The notes under the pieces were generated by a model. It made no database searches. It was not told the origin of the DNA and saw only the letters and a program-made list of their open reading frames with translations. This document shows positions 23,560-36,585 of a DNA stretch of 64,000 nucleotides, one piece after another. Both the position numbers and the translations under genes were made by a program. How positions within the stretch are numbered: the first letter of the stretch is position 1; each line of letters begins with the position of its first letter. The stretch lies in NCBI GenBank assembly GCA_014905635.1, contig JABVCE010000008.1, positions 1,240,001 through 1,304,000 on the forward strand. The letters are read 5' to 3'. This DNA comes from Scenedesmus sp. PABB004. Taxonomy: Eukaryota.

Positions 23560-24809
23560 AGCGTCTGCTGCTGCTGCAGCGTCTGCTGCTGCGCAGCCAC
23601 CTGTGGCTGAATCTGCCGCGCCTGCTCCGGCTGCTGCTCGCCGTGCTGCAGGACGGCCAGGCGCGCCTGGCTGCTGCGCAGCAGCGCCTGCAGGTGCGCC
23701 TCCTTCGCGCGCAGCGCGCCGGCCTTGCCCTGGGTCGCCGCGCCCAGCTGCCGCGCCAGCATGAGCAGCGACTGCTCCTGCGCGCTCAGCACCGCCAGCG
23801 CAGCCGTGTCCGGCGCCTGCTCGGCCTGCAGGTGGTCGTGCAGCTGCTGCTTCAGCACCAGCGCCAGCCGCGCCGCGCTGTCGCGCGCCACGCCCGCCAG
23901 CCGGCCCTGTCTGGCCTCCAGCGCCCCGGCCTCGGCGCCCGCGGCCTCGCTCAGCTGCCGCGCCAGCTGCTGCAGCGCGCCCTCCTGCGCCTGCAGCGCC
24001 GCCAGCGTGCCAGCCTCGGCCTCCTCCGCCCGCGAGAGCTGCGCGTGCAGCGCGGCCAGCCTGCGGCGGCGGCGCGGCGGGGCGGCCGCGTTGGCGGCCG
24101 GCGGGCGCGCGCGCGCGAGCGCGCGCGGCGGCCGCGGCGCAGCAGCCGCGGCGCTGCGGCCCGGCTCACTCTGTGGCGGCGTCCTCGAGCGTGAGCCCGG
24201 CCGCGGGCCGCTGCTGGCGCTGCCGCCCGCGCTGCTTGGCGGCGCGGCCCGCCGCCGCCGGCGCCGCGCTGGGGGCGCCGGGCGCCTCAAACGCCGCCGC
24301 CGCGCGCCGCCGGCGCAGCTGCTGCAGCTCGCGGCCCCAGCTCTCCTCGGCGCCGCTTGCGGGCGTCGCCGTCGTCGTCACCGCCTGGCCGGCGGGCGCG
24401 GCGGGCGCCCGCGTGCGCGCCTGCGCGCCGCCAGGGAGCGCCGCCTGCGGGCGCGCGCGCGCGGCGCGGGCGGGCGCGGTGTCGGCGCCGCCGCTGTTGC
24501 GCCCGCCGCCGGCCGCGCGGCGCCCCGCCGCCGCCGCCGCGGCGGGCCCGGCGGGACACGGCCCCGCTGCGCGCCCCGGTGGCCGCCCGGTGGCCGCGGC
24601 AGCTCCGGCGCGGCCCTGCGCGCTCTCACCAGCGCGGCCGCGCCCAGCAGCGCCGCGGCAGCTCCGGCGCGGGCCCATCCTGGCCCCTCGGACGGTCCCT
24701 CGCTGCCGGAGGTCGCCCGACAGCGCAGCGGCGACGCGCTGCGCTGGCGGGGCGCCGGCCTGCGCGGGGGCGTCGCGCAGCGCGTCGCGCCGGCCGTCAC
24801 GCTGCTCAT
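16354..24809 (-). CDS. Very large Ala/Gln/Glu-rich coiled-coil protein with putative plastid transit peptide and TM segments; multi-exon, with one exon of about 4.1 kb
   Basis: ATG 24809, MSSVTAGATRCATPPRR...LRCRA, then hydrophobic AAAALLGAAAL and a GTGAG donor. Long heptad-rich exons follow. Stop 16354. Confidence 0.7.
20070..22560 (-). repeat. Coding tandem repeats of roughly 65-100 aa units with core LQRxVAQLQGRLVLQQRGWGPRRDEP
   Basis: Five near-identical copies (about 20440-21600) plus about 4-5 diverged copies; nested 21-nt (ADAERAA)x4 at about 20800-20890. Confidence 0.9.
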
Positions 24810-26326
24810 GGCGGCGCTGCCATGGCGCGGACAGGCCGCCAAGCAGACGGCGGCCTCGGGGCGGGCGGGGCGGGGCACCCGGCTCTGCCTGCGCGGCGCC
24901 AGCAGGCACGCGAGTGCCTTCGACGTCACGGGCCTTTCGCGAAACAAACCTTGGCGGGCCGGGCGAGACTGTGCGGGCGTTGTGGGGGGCGCGAGGGTCG
25001 GCATGCCGCCCGGTCTCGCGCGGGCTTTGCACGGCGCGGCGTGGTTCGCTGCGCGCAGCTGCCGGCGCCCTGGTGAGATCGAGAGCAGGCGCGTGGCCGA
25101 GCGGCGGCAGCTCGCGGGCAGCGCGCGCGCGTGGCGACGCTCACCGCCGCGCGCCGCGCGCTCGCCGCTGCGGGCCCGCTTCGCCGCTCCACCCGCTCGC
25201 TCCGCAGTCCTCCCTTACTCGCGTTGCAGATGTTGTACACCGCCGGGCCTGTCTCCCTCGTACAGGCAAAACTGCGTGGCACACGCACGCGTCGGCCCCA
25301 GACAAGCTCGACGCGGCGACAGCACCGCCACGCGCAACGCTGCACCACCACCGGTGGGCACCACCACCACCACCAGAACAGCCGCAACCCGCCTCATCGC
25401 CACCACGCCTCGCCTGCCGCGCGCCCCGCAGCAGGGGGCGCGCCTCGCGGCGGCGGCGCGGCGCGCACGCCGCGCCGCCGCACCCAGTGCAGCCGGTGCG
25501 CCACTGCACGTGCCCACCGCTCCGCCGCCAAACGGCAGCAGCAGTCTGCCGTTCCGCCGCCAGGCACGGCCGCCTGCTCTCAGGAGGCGGCCGCGCCGCG
25601 GCGCTCTCTGCGCCGCACTGCGCTGGCCTCGCTTCGCCAAAGGCAGCTGCCTTTGGCAGCTTCTTCCCGTGCCCGCAGCGGGCTCTCCGCCGCCCGCAGC
25701 GGGCCCGCGCATGCCTTGTCGCTGCTGCGACGGCCTCCGCGCGGGGGCCGCCGCAGGCAAGGTCAATACACGCACGCGGCAAAAGTGAGCCTCAGGCGCC
25801 CGCTCGCTGGCCGACCTCAGGACAGCGCGACAGGCGGCCGGCCGCCGCCTGTCGCGGCGCGCGCGCGCACGCCGCGGGCGGCGCGCGGCGTCCCACACGA
25901 CACACGACACACACTCACCGAAAGTGAGCCCAGAGGAGCCTAGTAGCAGCAAGCGATGTCGGCGAGAGCGTCGACAGGAAAGTTCTGGATTTCGCGTCAG
26001 TCAGCCGGTCGGTCATAACACACGCCCGCAGCAAAAGCCCGCACAAGCCCGGGCGTGGCGCCCGCGGGCGCGCAGTTCATTGAGCCCACAGCGTGGATTG
26101 GGTTGGTCATCCGCGCGCGCTGCGCGCGCCGGGCGTGGCGCCCGGCTGGTGCAAACGTGCATAGCCCTGCACAGCTCGCGGCTGTCCCTACTCAGCTTGC
26201 GCCCCCCCCCCCTGGGCCCCTGCCAGGGCGCGATCACAAGGCGGCCGCCGCCGCCGGCGTGCTGGCTCACGCCCGCGGCGGCGGCGCGGCGCCTCGGCCT
26301 GGAGCTTTGTTTGAGCGGACCTTTGT

Positions 26327-28092
26327 TCAGGCGCACATCATGCTCGCGGGCTGGCTCGTCATCCAGTCGGCGATGCTGGTGCTGCCGGCGTTGACGCCAA
26401 ACGCAAACGCGACGCCCGGCGGCCGTGCGCCGGCCGAGCCAAACGGGCGCAGGCCGCCCGCGGCGTCGAGCGCCGGCACCGGCGCCGCCTCGCTGGCGCT
26501 GGGGAAGCGCGGCGCGGGGCAGGGCGCGGGCCGCGCCGCCGCGGGCGGCGCCGGCGCGGCCGGGCCCGGCGCGAAGAGGCCCGAGGCCATGCACATCGCG
26601 AGGCGCTGCCGCCCCGCGTCCGGCCAGCTGCCGCCATCATCGGCGAGCATGTCGGTCGCGTTGTCGGCGGCCTCCGAGCTCGCGTCGTCATCGGTGCCGC
26701 CGCAGCACGGCGCGGCGCCGGGCGACGACGTGCCCGAGCAGCTGCTCGGCGCGGCGGCGGGCCAGCTCGGCGCGCCGCCGCCCGTGCTCGCGTCGCCCGC
26801 GCCGCCCTGTAGCCAGCCCTGCAGCGCCACGCTGATGGTCGTCGGCTGCTGCTGCCCCGAGGGCTGCTGCCCCGAGAGCTGCGGCTGCGCCAGCATCACC
26901 GCCACCAGCGGCGGCGACGCCGACCGCGCGGGCGCCGCTGCCGGCCCCGCCGCGGCCTGCATGCTGACCTGCAGCAGCTGCAGCAGCTGCGCCTTGCTCA
27001 GGTGCTCGTGCGCGTACGCGAGGACCGCGGCCTGTGCTGCGGGCTGGCCCGCCAGGCCCTGCACGCCGGCGCGCACGACCTCGAGCGCGCGCGCCGCGAC
27101 CGCGGGCAGCTGCAGGCGCTCCGCGAGCGCGAGCCAGCGCAGCGCAAAGCTCGGGCGCGCTGGGTCCATGCCAAACGCGCGCCCCGGCTCCAGCAGCGCG
27201 CCAGCAGCGCGCTCCAGCAGGCAGGTCATGGCGTACTTGTCTGCCAGCAGCAGCACGCGCTCGAGCAGGTCCTGCGGCACGCGCCGGCGGCCGCGGTGAG
27301 GCCGGGCCCGGCGCGACGCGCTGTGCGCGCGCGCAAGCGCGGCGTGCGGCGCGGCGCGGCGCGGCGCTCACCCAGTCGAGCGGCGCGGCGCTGGCCGCCG
27401 GCACGGGGTAGACCCGGTCCAGCGCGGCCGCCCAGGTGGCGGCGTCCTCGTCGACGTGCAGCAGGTACGCCAGGCCGTGCGTGCTCTCGAGCAGGTGCGG
27501 CGTGGGGTAGAGGTTGATCATGTCGCGCAGCACGGGGCTCCAGCACGACACCTGCGCAGGGACAGGGACGGCGCGAGCGCGGCGGCGGCGGCGCGTCGGC
27601 GGCGGCGGGCCGCCGCGCGCGCGCTGCTGCCGCGCGCGCACTGCCGCCGCTGCCGGCCGCGGGAGGATGCCAGGGCGGGCGGCCTGCGCACCAGCTGGCT
27701 GTGGACGTGGTGCACCGCGCCGTCCCCGCACTTGAGGCGCGTGTCCGCGCGCTCCGCGGCGCCCCAGTGCTCATCGTAGCGGCGCGTGCTGCGGGAGCGG
27801 GCGCGCGGGGCGGTCGGCGGCCGCGGGGGGGGGGCGCCAGATTTTGCTGGGCCATGCCGATACTGGCGCCGGCCAGCGCGCCCGGCGCCCAGCTCGCCCC
27901 CGCCCCGCGCCGGCGGTGCGGCGCTGGGCCGCCGCGCGCTCGGCCGCGCAGCAGGGGCCGTGCGGCGCCCGCGGCGCGCCGGGCGGCCGCTGCCCGCTCG
28001 CACCTGCGGCCCAGCTCCGCGCTGCGCCGGCGCTCCGCGGCGTCAAAGGGGCTGTGCCGCAGGTCCAGGGAGCGCGTGCCGCGGCCCCACAT
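26327..28092 (-). CDS. BTB/POZ-domain protein
   Basis: Exon 1 28092-28004 (MWGRGTRSL...) joins 27788 in phase 2. [31 protein letters not shown]...|[21 protein letters not shown]...[10 protein letters not shown] is a typical BTB pattern. Confidence 0.8.
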
Positions 28093-28525
28093 CGCGCGCT
28101 GCGTCCTGGCGCGCGCGCCTCGGTCCGCGTGGGAGGGCGTGCCCTCTCCGGCGTGCGTGGCGTGCGCGGCGTGTGCGTCGCGGCCCGCGTGCGCGCTGCG
28201 TGTTGCGGCCGAGGCGGGCGCGGCAAGGCACGCCGGGCCGGATTCGCTTCCATAACAGAAATAAAGCCTGGGCGCCCGCCGCCCACCGCCGCAAGCTGGC
28301 TGGGCGCCGTCGCAGGCGGCGCCCGCCGCCCGGGCCGGCGCCTGGCGCGCGCCCCACGCCGGCGCGGCGGCGGCGCCTCGAGCAGCACAGCGCCCGGCCG
28401 CCGCCTGGTGACGTGCCACCTGGCGGTCGCGGCAGGGCAACCCTGCCAGCAGCCCCGCGGGCGCGGCGGCCGGGGGGGGGGGGGGCGTGCTCCGGGCGTC
28501 TCGGCTAGCCGCCGGCGCCCTCCGC
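27708..28525. repeat. Inverted duplication 1, arm A (RabGGTase-beta end and 3' region, BTB promoter, exon 1, intron 1, part of exon 2)
   Basis: Reverse complement of 37706-38538, near-identical. Confidence 0.92.
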
Positions 28526-29533
28526 CGCCGCGGCGTGCGCTGCGCGCAGCCGCGCGACCGTCTCTTCGGGCAGCGCCCACGCGGGGTCGACACGCGCGAG
28601 CCCGGGGTGGCCCATGAGCGCCAGCGCGGCGACGCCAAAGAAGGTGTGGTACACGTCGGCCATGTCGTCGGGGCGGTCGCTGATGCCGCCGTCGTCCTCG
28701 TCCTGCGTCGCGGTGCGCGCGCCGCGGCGGGTCGGGCGCGCGCTCGTGCGCACGCCGCCGGGCGGCGTGCGGCGCGGCGTGGCGCGGCGCGGCGCGCCTG
28801 GCAGTGCAGTATGAAGCGGCTCAGCGCCTGCTGGTCGATCCAGTGCAGCCGGCCCAGGATGGCGAGGCAGGACAGGCACCACCAGCTGTAGCACACGTCC
28901 TGCAGCTTTTCTGGCCGCCCGTTGAGCCCGCCGCTGCGCGTCTGCCGCTCGCACAGCCTGCGGCGCGCGCGGCGTGGGCGGGAGGGCGCGCGAGCGGCCC
29001 CGCTCCAGCACGCGCCGCCCGGGCGCGCACCACCACGCCACGAGGTCTTGGTCCGCCGCGTCCAGCCGCCCCGCCAGGCTGAGCGCGCCGATGCAGGTAA
29101 ACACCTGGCCCGCGTGCGACTCGTTGCCTGCACGCCGCGGCGGCGCAGCGGACGCGTCGGCGCCGCCGCGCCGCTGCGCGGCCACCGCGTCGCCGCTGCG
29201 CCGCGGCCGCTCGGCAGTGCGCCGCCGTGCTGTCGCACCTGGCGTGCAGCCAAAGCCGCCGTCAAAGTTTTTGCACGCCTCCACGAACCGCACCGCGGCC
29301 GGCACGTCGAGCGCGGGCAGGCGGCCCAGGATGGTGCAGCTCAGCAGTGCGCAGTAGGTGAACCTGCGGCGCCCGGCGCGGCGCGGGCGGCGTGGGTGTG
29401 GGCGGGGCGCGGCCGACGCGCGGCGCGGCGCGTCAACCCGCAGCGGGCTTGGGCGCACCGCGTGTCAATCTCGCCCCACGAGTCGCCCGCGAACGAGCCG
29501 TCCGGCTGCTGCAGCCCCGCCACGTCTGCAGCA

Positions 29534-29601
<68 letters not shown>

Positions 29602-30174
29602 AGCTCGTGGGCGGCAGATGCGAGCGCGGCGCGCGGCGGGGCGCCGCGCGCGGCGAGGCGCCGCGCGCGGGCGCCGCGGCCGCGCTCACACGCTGCGACC
29701 GCGTCGGCGTCGACGCGCTGCAGCTCGTCGAGCAGCGCGAGGATCTGCAGCGCGCTCAGCGTGGCGAGCAGGTGCGCGTCGTTGCGCGGGCTCGCGCCAA
29801 AGCCGCCCACGTCTGGCCGGTAGCAGCTCATCACCTGCGCCGCGGGGCACAGGCCAGCGCGGCGGCGCCGCGCTCGCTGTCGCAACCCGCCCCCGCCTGC
29901 GGCGCGTGCCTGCGCGCGCGGCGGCGCGCGCGGCGGCGCGCACCCAGTCGAGCGCGGTACGCGTGTCCATGTCGCCCAGGCGGCCCATGACGGCCATGGC
30001 GGTGAGGCCCCAGTACATGCCGCTCATCCAAAAGTGCTCCGTCGCGACGTGCTCGAGCTTGTCGGTGCCCTCCCAGATGCTGGAGAAGCTGCGGATGTAC
30101 GCCGCGTGCTTGTCGACGAGCAGCGCCGCGCGCGGGCCCAGGTCGGCCGGCGTGGCGGCCGCGGCGGCGCTCAT
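28505..30174 (-). CDS. RABGGTB: Rab geranylgeranyltransferase (type II) beta subunit
   Basis: [92 protein letters not shown]. Confidence 0.96.
29534..29601. repeat. (GGC/CCG)n trinucleotide tract in a RabGGTase intron
   Basis: Read directly, about 22 units. Confidence 0.9.
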
Positions 30175-30712
30175 GGCGCGATCGCCGCCGCGTGGCGCGG
30201 AGCAGCAGCGGCGCGGCGCGGCGCGGGCTGGCGATCGCGCGGGCGTGCGTGCGGCGCGACGCAGGTATCACCACGACCTTTGGGAGGGCGCGAGGCGCGA
30301 GACTGGGCCGCGCGGAACAGTGCAGGCGCGCAGGGGGCGGCGAAAAGGTGGCGAAAAGGGCGGCGGCGCGCGGTTCTGTCGCTCTCGCCGCGCCCCCCGG
30401 CCTCATCCCGGCTCGCCCGCAGGCGCGTGCCTCATCACTCGTCACGCCCGCACCAGAGCGCCAGGCGCGGGCCCCCCTGTCGCAGACGGCGCCCGCAGTG
30501 CCGCCGCTGCCGCTCGCGCCCACACCGCGCGCGCTCTCTGGGAGTCCCGGCCCCGCCTTGGGACGTGCAGGAGAAGAGAGACCTGAACGTGTTCTGATGC
30601 GGTAGCCCAGCGGCAGCGGCTGCAGCGGCGGCGGCGGGGGCAGCAGCGGCAGCAGCGGCAGCCGCTGCCGCTGCGGGCAGCGGCAGCGGCAGCGCCGGCA
30701 GTGGCAGCAGCG

Positions 30713-32062
30713 ATGCGCCGGCCGGCGGGGCGCGCGGTGCGCTGGGCGGACGCGCCCCCCGCGGCTGACGCGTGGGGCTCGGACGACGACGAGGGCGGCG
30801 ACAGCCCCGCGGCGCCGCAGCAGGGCGGCGCGCCCGCGCCGGCGCCCGCGGCGCCGCCGCGGGCGGTGGCCGCCGCATGGCCGCAGCAGCTGCCGCAGCA
30901 GGCGGCGGCGCGCGTGCCGACGCTGCAGGCCTTCTGCCTCGGCATCCTGGGGCGGCACGTCGCGGAGCTGTCGCGCGAGCTCGGTGGCCAGCTCGGCTGG
31001 GTGCCGGCGCAGGCCAAGGCCGCGCTGCTCGCGGTCGCGCGGCGGCGCGGCGAGCTCACGGGCAGCGTGCTCGCGGCGCTCGCCGACCCTGAGTTCACGT
31101 CCCTCGACCTGTCCGGCTGCCGCCGGCTGTTTGCGGCTGACGTGCTCGCCGTCGCGCCCTCGATGCCGGCCGTGCGCGTGCTCGACGTGCAAGGCGCGTG
31201 CCCGGCCAGCATCGCGCCGCGCGGCGCGGCTGGCGCGGCGCGCACGCGGCGCGCGCTGCCGACGCGGGCACACACACACTCCCTCCGCCCCCGCAGGCTT
31301 TGAGCGCCTGCTCGCCGGCGGTTGGCGGCGGCTCGCGGCGGCGTGGCCAGGCCTCGAAGTGCTGCGTTTAGGCGGCAGCGAGGTGGCGTCCCGCGAGGCG
31401 CTGAGGGCGCTGCCCCACATCCTGCCCGGCCTGCCCACGGCGCCGCGCGCGTCGGCGGCGGCCGGGGCTGCTGCGCCCGCGCCCGCGAGCTGGGAGGCCG
31501 CATTTGCCAGCGACAGCGACGACGACGACGCGACGAGCGGCGGCGGCGACTGCCGGCTGCAGCGCCTGCGCGCGCTCGTGTGGCCGGACGTGTCGGCCGA
31601 GGCCGCCGCGCTCGTGCGGTCGCGCTGCCCAAAGGTGGCCATCAACCCGCCCATGCGGCGCGACGCTGCGGGCGCGCTGCCGCCCGCCGAGCTCGACGCG
31701 CGCGTCGCGCTGGACGAGCCGGCCATGCAGCTGGTGTTTGCCCCGGCGGCGCTGCAGGTGCGGGGCTGCCCAGCGCCCGCGCGCGCGCGGCCCGCTCACG
31801 CGCGCGCACCGGCCCCTCGCCCACGCTGCCGCGCCCGGCGCCGCAGGACGTGCCGCAGGGCGCGAGCCTGGCGGGTCCCGGCGGCGCCGGCGCCGGGGCG
31901 GCGGGCGGCAGCCTCGCCGAGCGCTTCCGGGCGGCCTACGTCGAGCAGGCGGCGCGGCTGCGCGAGCGCGAGCGCCGCCTGCAGGTCGCCGCGGAGCGCA
32001 AGCAGCTGCGCGCGAGCCACGCGCTGCGGGAGCTGCAGGCCTGGCTCGACGAGCCGGCGTGA
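30713..32062 (+). CDS. RNI-like/LRR protein
   Basis: VPTLQAFCLGILGRH...KAALLAVARRRGELTGSVLAALADPEFTSLDLSGC, LEVLRLGGS, LRALVWP...CPKVAINP; resembles a conserved plant RNI-like family. Confidence 0.7.
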
Positions 32063-32432
32063 GCCCGCGAGAGCCTGCAGGGCGGCGGGTCTGCGTGGCG
32101 GCCGCCCATGCTGTGGAAGCATGGCGGCGGCGCGCGGGCGAGGCCAGGGGCGGTGACTGACTGCGTTGGGCTCGTGGGTCGCTGCTGGTGCAGAAGAGCT
32201 GAACTAACAAACACACAGGCAAACACGCTCAAACTTTGCGCGACAGATTTGACAACCCCGCCTCAGGCGTGCTGCCCCGCGGCCCCGCGCCCCGCCACAC
32301 GCGCACAGCATCACCCCGGCGCTGCAAGGGCTGCGCCGGCGAGTGGCTACAGCGGCTGCGGCGAGGCCGAGTGCTCGAGCAGCAGCACGCATCACAACAG
32401 CCCGCCCCGACTCGCTCGCCGCCGGGCGCGCG

Positions 32433-35400
32433 ATGGCTTCGGACGTCGGACCAGTCGCCAAGCATGACCAGTCGCCGCCCGAGGGCGGCCTGGCGGCGCT
32501 GTTCATGTCGGCAGACGCGGCCATTCAGCGCAGGCGGTGCGGACGGCCTGCCCGCGCGCGCGCGGCGCGCCGTGGGCCGCGGCGCCGTCCCCGGGCGCAG
32601 GGCCGACCCGCGCTGCCGCCGGGGGCGCAGGACCGACAACATCTTCAAGCAGCTCGACGAGCGGAGCCTGACCGACGACGAGCAGCGCATCATCCACCAG
32701 CGGGTGCGCCGCGCCGCGCCGCCGCCGCGCCGCCGCCCGCCGCCCCGTCCGACACCGCGCCGCGCCCTGCGCGCGCAGGTGGAGCTGCAGCGCAGGCTGC
32801 TGGAGGAGTACGAGAAGCGGGAGCAGCGGCGCAAGGCGCGGACCAGCGCCGCCGCGCTTTGAGCCAGCCAGCCGCGAGCCGGCGCCTCAGTCGCGCCGCG
32901 CCGCCGCCGCCGCCGCGCCCATGCCCGCAGGTGGGGGAGCTGCGCGACATGTTCCCCGAGCTCGCCGAGGCGGCGGCGCAGCGCGCGCTCGACCTCTGCG
33001 GCGGCAAGTGAGTCCCATTGCCGGGTCGCCGGGGCCCGGCGGGGACGCCGCGCGCGCCGCCGCCGGCCGGCGACGCCGCCGCGCCGCCGCCGCCGCCCGC
33101 AGGGAGGACGACGCGGTGCTGCGGCTGACCGAGGACGCGGGGTTCCGGCGGCGCGTGATGTTTGAGAGCGGCACCGCGCTGCCGGTCACCGTGCTGCCGC
33201 GCCCCGCGGGCGCGGGCGGCGGGCGGCTGCGGCCCGACCGGCACGGGCCCGCGCCGTCGCGCCTGATCAGCCCCAGCAAGCTCGAGGGCAGCGTGTTTGT
33301 GGGGCGCTTCCGGTCCAAGCTCGGACCCTACCAGCTGCAGGAGCGCGCGCCGCTCGACGCGCCGGCGGCGGCGGCGGCGGCGGCCCACGGCAAGGGGCGC
33401 GGCAAGAAGCGCAAGGCGGCGCCCGGCGCGGCGGCCGAGCCCGCGGGCCTCGGCAGGGCGGCGACCGCCGGCGCGGCCCGGGCGGCCGCAAAGCGCCGCA
33501 GCAGCACCGACCTGGCGGGCGCGGGCGCCGCGGCGGCGGCGATGGCGGCGGCGCTGGACGAGGCGCTGGCCGACGCCACGTGCGCCAGCGACACGGCACG
33601 CGAGCGCAGCAGCAGCCCCGGCAGTGACGAGCAGGAGCTCGGCAGCGAGGGGGGCGAGGACGCGCCGGCGGCCGAGCCCGACGGCCGGGGCGGCGCCAGC
33701 GACGCAGCCGCGGGCGGCGCGACGACCGACTGCGGCACCGACACGGAGGGCCCCGCGCTGGCGGCGGCGGGCGCGGCAGCGGCGGGCGCGGCGGCGCCGG
33801 CCGACAGCAAGGCGGCTGAGCGCGTGACCCACATGATGGCGCGGCAGGTCGCGCGCCTGGTGAGCGGGGCCCTGCCCGCGGCGCAACGGCGCGTGCAGCA
33901 AGCGAGGCGGTCAGTGCTGCGCGCGCCGTCTGCGTGCCGCCCACGCGCTGCGCCGCGCCGCACGCAGGAGCCGCTGCTTGCCGCGGAGCGGCTGCTGGAG
34001 TTTGAGGTGCGGCGCCCCGGGGCGAGCAGCGCGGTGCTGGAGCTGCTGGCGGCGGAGCACGGGCGCCAGGTGCACAGGGGGGCCGGCTGCTGGCTGTGCT
34101 GAGCTCCTGAGGCCCGGCGCGCGCAGGCCCGGCCGGGCGCGCGCGCCCAGCCCAGCCGCCGCCGCCGCCGTGCAGGTGTCTGAGCCCATCGCCACAGCGT
34201 GGGAGGTGCTGCTGGCGGAGCAGCAGTGGAAGGAGAGCGAGGAGCTGGCGGCCTTTGAGGCGGCCGGCCGGGGCGGCGGGGGCAGCAGGGCGAGCAGCAG
34301 CAGGGGCGGCGCCGGCAGGGCCGGCGCCGGCAGAGCGGCGCCGGCGGCAGTGGCGGCGGCGGCGGCAAACCCGGACGCCGACGTGGCGTCGGCGCTGGCG
34401 GCGGCCGCCGCGCTGGCAGGGGGCGGCAGCGACGCCTCGGTGCCGCCGGCCGGCGCGCTGGACCCGGCGGCGGCTGCGGCGGCGCCCGTCGCGCAGCTGC
34501 CGCCGCGCTGCAGCAGCGGCCTCGCGGGCCGGCAGCAGGAGCGGCAGCAGGCGCAGCAGCAGGAGGGCCAGCCGCAGCAGCTGACGGCCGAGGCGCTGGC
34601 GGCAGCGGCTGCTGCCGCCAAGCAGCCCGCTGGCGGTGACGAGGAGGACGCCGGCGCGGCGTCCGACGCGTCCACGGTCACCGAGCCCACGGGCACGCCC
34701 GCCAAGGCGCGCCTGGCCGCGGCGACCAGCAGCGCCGGCGACAGCACCGCCGAGCCCGCCGCGGGCCAGGCGTCGGCGGGCCGGCGCCCCAGCCGGCGCG
34801 CGGCGGCGGGCGCGGCCGCCGCGGTGTCGGCGCACCTGGGCGCGGGCGCGGGCGAGGCGCGCGGCGGGCGCGGCGGGCCGGGCAGCCGCGGCGGCAGCGC
34901 GATCTCGCGCGCCAGCCGCGCGATCTCGGAGACGGGGCACACGTGCCGCGGCCGCGTGCGGCAAAAGTCGCACAAGACCACCGAGCTCGTCGAGGTGGGT
35001 GGCCAGCCTGCGGCGGCGCCCAGCCTGCGGCGGCGCCGCGCCGCGCCGCGCTGTGCCGCGCGCTGCCAAGCCCGCCCTGCGCGCGCGCGCCGCGCGCCCG
35101 CGCAGGTGGGCCAGCTCGTGCCGCACGGCGACTGGCACAACGCGGGCTACATCTTCCCCGCGGGCTTCCGCTCCCGCCTGCTCTTCCGCAGCAGCGTCGA
35201 CCTCGACGCGCTCTGCCTGCACGAGTGCGAGATCCTGGGCGCGGGCGGGCGCTTCTGGCCGGCGCCCACGTTTGTCGTGACCGCGCGCGACCGCGAGGAC
35301 GAGCCGATCGTCGCCAAGTCGTGCACCGGCTGCTGGAGCGGGGTGCGGCGACCGCGCGGCGGGCGGGCCGCCGCGCGCCGCGCTGCGCCGCCCCCGCGCG

Positions 35401-35951
35401 GCGGGCCCGCCGACGCCGTTGCGCGCCCGCCGCGCCCGCACGCGCCCGCCGCGCCCGCGCCCGCCCAGATCCTGAAGCGCATCAACGCCGTCATCACCGC
35501 GCGCATCGCGGCGGGCGAGGCGCTGCCGCCGCCGCCGCGCACCGCGATCGCGGGGCCCGAGTACTTTGGGCTGAACGACGCGGCGACGCAGGCGAGCCTT
35601 TGGGCTGCAGGGTTGAGGGCCCAACGGGGTGCAGGCTTAGGGGGGGGGGGCACGTGGCGCAGCGCGGCGCTGCGCGCCGGCCGCGCGTGTGCCCTGAGCG
35701 CGCGCTGCGCGCTGCGACGCAGGCGGCGATCGAGGCGCTCGACCCGCAGCACCTGTGCACCACGTACTGGCTGGGCAAGGAGCACCGGTGAGGCCCGCGC
35801 CCGCGCCTGTGTGTCTGCTCGGGCGCGCGCCTGCGTGCGTTCGGGCGCGGGCCTGCCCACGCGCCCGCGCGCCCCGCGCCCGCAGCGAGGCCGCGGCGGC
35901 GGGCATGCCCGTGGCGGTGCAGCCGCTGCCGCGCGCGCCTCCGGCGGGCCG

Positions 35952-35984
<33 letters not shown>

Positions 35985-36585
35985 GGGGCGCAAGCGCGGG
36001 CGCGGGCGCGCCGACGCGGCGGACGCCGACGACGAGGGCGACGACACCACCGGCTACCGGGGCAACCAGTGCGTGCGCGCGCTGGCGCGCCCACGCGCAC
36101 GCGGGGCTGCAGCAGGGGGCCGGCGCCGCGGCCGCGCCGCGCGGCGCGCGCGCCGGCTTGCACACACACACACGCGCCGCGCCCGCCCGCAGCTGGTCGT
36201 CGATCAGCCGGCGCGAGCGCTACATCAAGCGCTGCACCGAGGCGGGCGACGAGGCGATGGTCCCGGACGACGCGCAGCTGCTGCCGGGTGCGGCGCGCCG
36301 CCGCGAGCTGCCGCGCGCCGCCGCGCGCCGCGGCAAGGCCCGACCCCGCCCCCCGCGCCGCGCCGCCCCCGCGCCGCAGGCGTGCTGGACCCGGTGACGC
36401 TTGAGCCGGTGGTCAACCCCGCGATCAGCCCCGCGGGGCACGTGATGGGCCTCGCGACGTGGAAGGCGGTGCTGGCGGAGAGCGGGCGGTGCCCGTTCAC
36501 GCAGGCGCCGCTGCGCGCCGACCAGCTGACCGTGCTCAGCGCCAACAACATCGACAAGTACCGAGACCGCATCGTCGCGCTGTGA
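32433..36585 (+). CDS. Protein with CUE/UBA-like N-terminal domain, FYRN/FYRC domains and C-terminal U-box/RING-like domain
   Basis: ELRDMFPEL (CUE-like). WHNAGYIFPAGFRSR...CEIL...PTFVVT...SCTGCWSG...IAGPEYFGL...AIEALDPQHLCTTYW (FYR). LDPVTLEPVVNPAISPAGHVMG...CPFTQAPL (U-box-like). Confidence 0.8.

Noticed and set aside
25000..26320. Possible small spliced gene between the coiled-coil and BTB genes
   Set aside because: Some splice-like signals but no convincing coding bias or homology; probably UTR/promoter
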